Positions 60,442 to 64,000 of a DNA stretch of 64,000 nt are shown here, in pieces. Position numbers and translations under genes: made by a program. Below the pieces are notes generated by a model that did no database searches, had not been told where the DNA came from, and saw nothing but the letters and a program-made list of their open reading frames with translations. This stretch comes from Candidatus Obscuribacterales bacterium (GTDB lineage: Bacteria > Cyanobacteriota > Vampirovibrionia > Obscuribacterales > Obscuribacteraceae): the NCBI GenBank assembly GCA_965228855.1, contig CBDDIJ010000003.1, forward strand, positions 864,001 through 928,000, given 5' to 3'. The first letter of the stretch is position 1, and each line of letters begins with the position of its first letter.

Positions 60442-61011
60442 TTAAGACTTTCGTTTGCGCCTTTTCTGAAGGACTACGGGTGCCCCGTCGATTTCAGGCT
60501 CGTTTGCATAGTTGAAGCCGGTCAGGTGTTCGAACAAGTCGACCGGAATCGAGAAGAAGTGATCCCATTGCTTGTTTAGGGGTGTGGAATCCCTTTCGGC
60601 AATAATTTGCTTTTTTATGTAATCGAAGCCTATCGGTGGTTTGCCGCAAATTTCTATATTTTCCTTACCTAGATCCCCGAAGTGAGATACTGACCATTGC
60701 AGCCTGCCGCGGTGCCACTCGCTGGTGGCGCAGTAATTGCAGTGTTCATCAATAATTGAGACGAGCAGCTTGATGCTCTTAGATGCATCTTCAAGGACGT
60801 CGGTTTTGTCTTTGTATACCGGGCCAGTAAGACCTTCAACAAACAGGTCTAGCTTTAGGTGGTCGTAAATTATATACCAGTCCGTCTTCATTCGAAAACC
60901 GCATAGCCCGCCAATCTCCGCAGCAGTTCCAGAGCTGCGCAGGTTAAGTGCATCCCAGAGGTCTTCTTCATCAATCACTTTTGCTGCTAGTGTCGCTAGT
61001 GCTATTCCCAC
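60442..61011 (-). CDS. Hypothetical protein
   Basis: 189-aa ORF with GAGGTG RBS before the GTG start; no family recognised. Confidence 0.6.
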   Translation of the reverse strand: MGIALATLAAKVIDEEDLWDALNLRSSGTAAEIGGLCGFRMKTDWYIIYDHLKLDLFVEGLTGPVYKDKTDVLEDASKSIKLLVSIIDEHCNYCATSEWHRGRLQWSVSHFGDLGKENIEICGKPPIGFDYIKKQIIAERDSTPLNKQWDHFFSIPVDLFEHLTGFNYANEPEIDGAPVVLQKRRKRKS

Positions 61012-61166
61012 GTTTCACCTCGTCAAATAAATGCTTGATTGACCCAATAAGTGCTATTCGTTTGGAGACAAGGTTGTATTGGGTATTCGGCATTTAGTCA
61101 ATCTTGATATATGCACCTTATTCAAATTTTCAAAACACAACTTCAGGCAAAAACTCACAAGAACCT

Positions 61167-64000
61167 TTAAATCTGCGTGAAGTGCACTTCCACAAAGTGT
61201 TCATTGCGGTCATCGATCAGGTTAACATGGCTGTGGTTCTGTTCTTGTCCATCAACTTTGATCGTGGTTGAAGTCTTCTTGCCTTTGGTTTGGAAGATCG
61301 TGATGTGGTAGACGGTCTCCCTATGTCGGTAGTGAATTTTGAATGTTTCCCAGTGCTCTGGCAAGCAGGGGACAAAACTCAGTTTGTTTATTTGCAAACG
61401 CAGACCGAGCAGCGATTCGACTATCAGCCGATACATCCAACCCGATGAGCCTGTGTACCAGGTCCAGCCGCCTCGCCCAGTGTGCGGTGGTGCCGCGTAA
61501 ACGTCGGCTGCCACCACATACGGTTCTACCTTGTACGTAGCAACCCCTTCCGGACAGTTGGCATGCATTACAGGATTGATCAACTGAAACAATTCCCAGG
61601 CACGCTTGTTGTCGCCCAGAGCGGCGAACGCCATCACCGTCCAAATTGCGCCGTGCGTGTATTGACCGCCATTTTCGCGCACTCCGGGGACATATCCCTT
61701 TATATAACCGGGATTCAATTCAGATTTGTCGAACGGCGGATCGAGCAGGCGAATCAGCTCGTGCTCTCTGTCGACAAGGTGTTCGTCGACCGCCTCCATC
61801 GCCTGACGCGCGCGCAAGGGATCGCCCATCGCCGAGAGAACCGACCAGCTCTGCGCAATCGCATCGATCTTGCATTCGTCATTTGACACGGAGCCGAGTG
61901 GTTGGCCGTCATCAAAATAAGCGCGTCGATACCACTGACCATCCCAACCGTTTTTCTCTATGCTGGCTTTCATCTCGGCTAATTCTTTCTGGCAGCGTTG
62001 CACGAAGTCGCCGTCACCCCGAAGTTGTGCAATCTCAGTGAAGGACGACAATACGTTGCATAAGAAGAAAGCTAACCAGACACTCTCACCTTTGCCGTCT
62101 TTGCCGACGAGATTCATGCCGTCGTTCCAATCGCAAGATCCGATTAATGGTAGTCCATGCGCGCCGCTTGTCAGACCTCTGGAAATGGCTCGCACGCAAT
62201 GTTCGTACAGGGTGCGCACTTCCTCTGAGCGCGCCGGCAAATCGTAGTACGATTCATCCTCGGGATTGACCGGACGACCCGAGAGAAAGTGAACGGGCTC
62301 ATCTAGCACACCGGTGTCGCCAGTCGTCATCACATAGCGGTGTGTGGCAAGTGGCAACCACAGAAAATCGTCGGAGCAATGCGTCCGCACACCGCGCCCC
62401 AAGGGCGGGTGCCACCAGTGTTGAACATCACCTTCTTGAAATTGGTGTTCGGCACAACGCAGCAAGTGCTCGCGCATCAATCGCGGCTCTGCATGAACGA
62501 GTGCCATAATGTCTTGCAGCTGATCGCGAAATCCGAATGCACCGCCGGACTGATAGAAACCGCTTCTCGCCCAGAGCCGGCAGGCTATGGTTTGATACAT
62601 GAGCCAGCCGTTGACCAGCATGTTCACGGAAGGGTCAGGAGTGTCCACATTGACCGCGCCGAGAGTGTGCTTCCAATATTGGCATAGTGCCTCAAACGAA
62701 TCGCGCCGGGCGCCAGATCCGCGAAACCGGTGCACGAGGTTGGTGGCATCATTTGCATCTCTGCCGACACCCAGTCGAAAGATGATTTCACGTTCCTGCC
62801 CGTCGGCCAGATCGAATGCCACTTGCATCGCTCCGCATGGATCGAGAGCGGCTCCGACTCTGCCGGAGAGGCGAGCATTGCCCAAAGCTGCCGGGTTCCT
62901 CAGCGTGCCGTTTCGTCCGATGAACTCACTGCGATCGCCGGTCACCGTGCGGTTAGGATCGTCTACGTCAAGGAACGCGACCAGATTTGCGAACTCACTA
63001 TTGTAGCGGTTATGGGCGAACAAGGCATCGGATTTGGTATCAATCTCTGTGGTCACGTGCATGGCAGATCTGGAACGCATATCACCCAGAACCCATTCCA
63101 CATAAGCGGTGGCTGAAAGTCGGCGTGCACGTCCGGATGCATTTCGTATCTTGAGTACTGAAATCTTCACCGGGTCATCTTTGGCTACGTACACTGATAA
63201 TTCTGATACGATACCGCTTTCGGTGTGCTCGAAGACGCTGTATCCAAAACCATGGCGACTGATGTAATACGAGTCTTCTCCTCGCGAAGGCAATGGCGAC
63301 GGTGACCAGAAGCGTCCACTGTCTTCATCACGCAAATAGAAGACTTCGCCCGTGGTATCGCATATAGGGTCGTTGTACCATGGCGTCAGACGAAATTCGT
63401 GGGCGTTCTCATACCAGGTGTAAGACGACCCGTTCTCTGAGATCACGCTTCCGAAAATTGGATTGGCCATAACGTTGACCCACGGAGCCGGCGTAGATTC
63501 CCCGGAAGCTGTCGTGATAACGTATTCGCGTCCATCTGGCGTGAAGCCGCCTAAACCATTGAAGAGTATGAGTTCGCGCCACGGACATTCGGCAACCGGT
63601 GTGGAGCGCGCAGTCTTGCTAGGCACCAGACGTGGTACGCGAGGATCACGGATTCGCCGCGCCAGCTGCTCCGCCAGCGTGCCTCTCTTGTCCGTGATGA
63701 CCACGCGCGCGACCGATTGGAATAGAATGCGATCCTCAGTAGATATCTGCTCTGCCGGTCTCACGAAGATACCACCAGGACGATCGAAAACATTTGCTTC
63801 GGAACTTGCCGCGATCAAACCCATGATCTGATCCTGGAGTAGCTGCCGGTATCCGGCACGATCTTCGTTCCAAATTACAAGGTCGACAGCCAGTCCCTTC
63901 AAGCGCCAGTAGGCATGGGCTTGTATGAGTTGGCGCACAAGATCGATATTGGACTGATCGTCGATCTGCAGTAGAACAATAGGCAAGTCTCCGGAGACGG
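61167..64000 (-). CDS. 3' part of a cyclic beta-1,2-glucan synthase/phosphorylase (NdvB/ChvB-like, GH94); 5' end lies outside the window
   Basis: Frame open to the window edge (VSGDLPIVLL); TPAPWVNV, YQSGGAFGFRDQLQD, DWNDGMN, ENGGQYTH, WYTGS. Confidence 0.93.
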   Translation of the reverse strand, partial: VSGDLPIVLLQIDDQSNIDLVRQLIQAHAYWRLKGLAVDLVIWNEDRAGYRQLLQDQIMGLIAASSEANVFDRPGGIFVRPAEQISTEDRILFQSVARVVITDKRGTLAEQLARRIRDPRVPRLVPSKTARSTPVAECPWRELILFNGLGGFTPDGREYVITTASGESTPAPWVNVMANPIFGSVISENGSSYTWYENAHEFRLTPWYNDPICDTTGEVFYLRDEDSGRFWSPSPLPSRGEDSYYISRHGFGYSVFEHTESGIVSELSVYVAKDDPVKISVLKIRNASGRARRLSATAYVEWVLGDMRSRSAMHVTTEIDTKSDALFAHNRYNSEFANLVAFLDVDDPNRTVTGDRSEFIGRNGTLRNPAALGNARLSGRVGAALDPCGAMQVAFDLADGQEREIIFRLGVGRDANDATNLVHRFRGSGARRDSFEALCQYWKHTLGAVNVDTPDPSVNMLVNGWLMYQTIACRLWARSGFYQSGGAFGFRDQLQDIMALVHAEPRLMREHLLRCAEHQFQEGDVQHWWHPPLGRGVRTHCSDDFLWLPLATHRYVMTTGDTGVLDEPVHFLSGRPVNPEDESYYDLPARSEEVRTLYEHCVRAISRGLTSGAHGLPLIGSCDWNDGMNLVGKDGKGESVWLAFFLCNVLSSFTEIAQLRGDGDFVQRCQKELAEMKASIEKNGWDGQWYRRAYFDDGQPLGSVSNDECKIDAIAQSWSVLSAMGDPLRARQAMEAVDEHLVDREHELIRLLDPPFDKSELNPGYIKGYVPGVRENGGQYTHGAIWTVMAFAALGDNKRAWELFQLINPVMHANCPEGVATYKVEPYVVAADVYAAPPHTGRGGWTWYTGSSGWMYRLIVESLLGLRLQINKLSFVPCLPEHWETFKIHYRHRETVYHITIFQTKGKKTSTTIKVDGQEQNHSHVNLIDDRNEHFVEVHFTQI

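Overview
A 64-kb bacterial chromosomal window with about 35 credible CDSs. I saw no rRNA, tRNA, CRISPR array, integrase or transposase. The general style of the proteins suggests a diderm such as Vampirovibrionia/Melainabacteria, but this is an impression only. Recognisable genes: serS, dapB, mqo, a fabF paralog, a TyrA-prephenate dehydratase fusion, an ArnT-like glycosyltransferase, a nitronate monooxygenase, a nitroreductase, a DUF4011-helicase-Vsr (Hhe-like) putative defence protein, and the 3' part of an NdvB/ChvB-like GH94 gene. Two signals stand out. (1) A leaderless 14-codon peptide (MNKAAHRNSSSSSP) with a full set of competing protector, antiterminator and terminator helices lies in front of serS; it looks like a serine-sensing, ribosome-mediated attenuator. 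(2) Three dispersed paralogous giant secreted proteins (about 3038, 1313 and 2867 aa, roughly a third of the window) share a conserved N-terminal module, a variable G/T/N-rich passenger bracketed by two conserved Asp-Pro motifs, and a conserved ~165-aa C-terminal domain ending KPRxxA(M/L). No autotransporter barrel or TpsB gene is visible for them. All calls come from reading motifs by eye; no database searches or folding programs were run.
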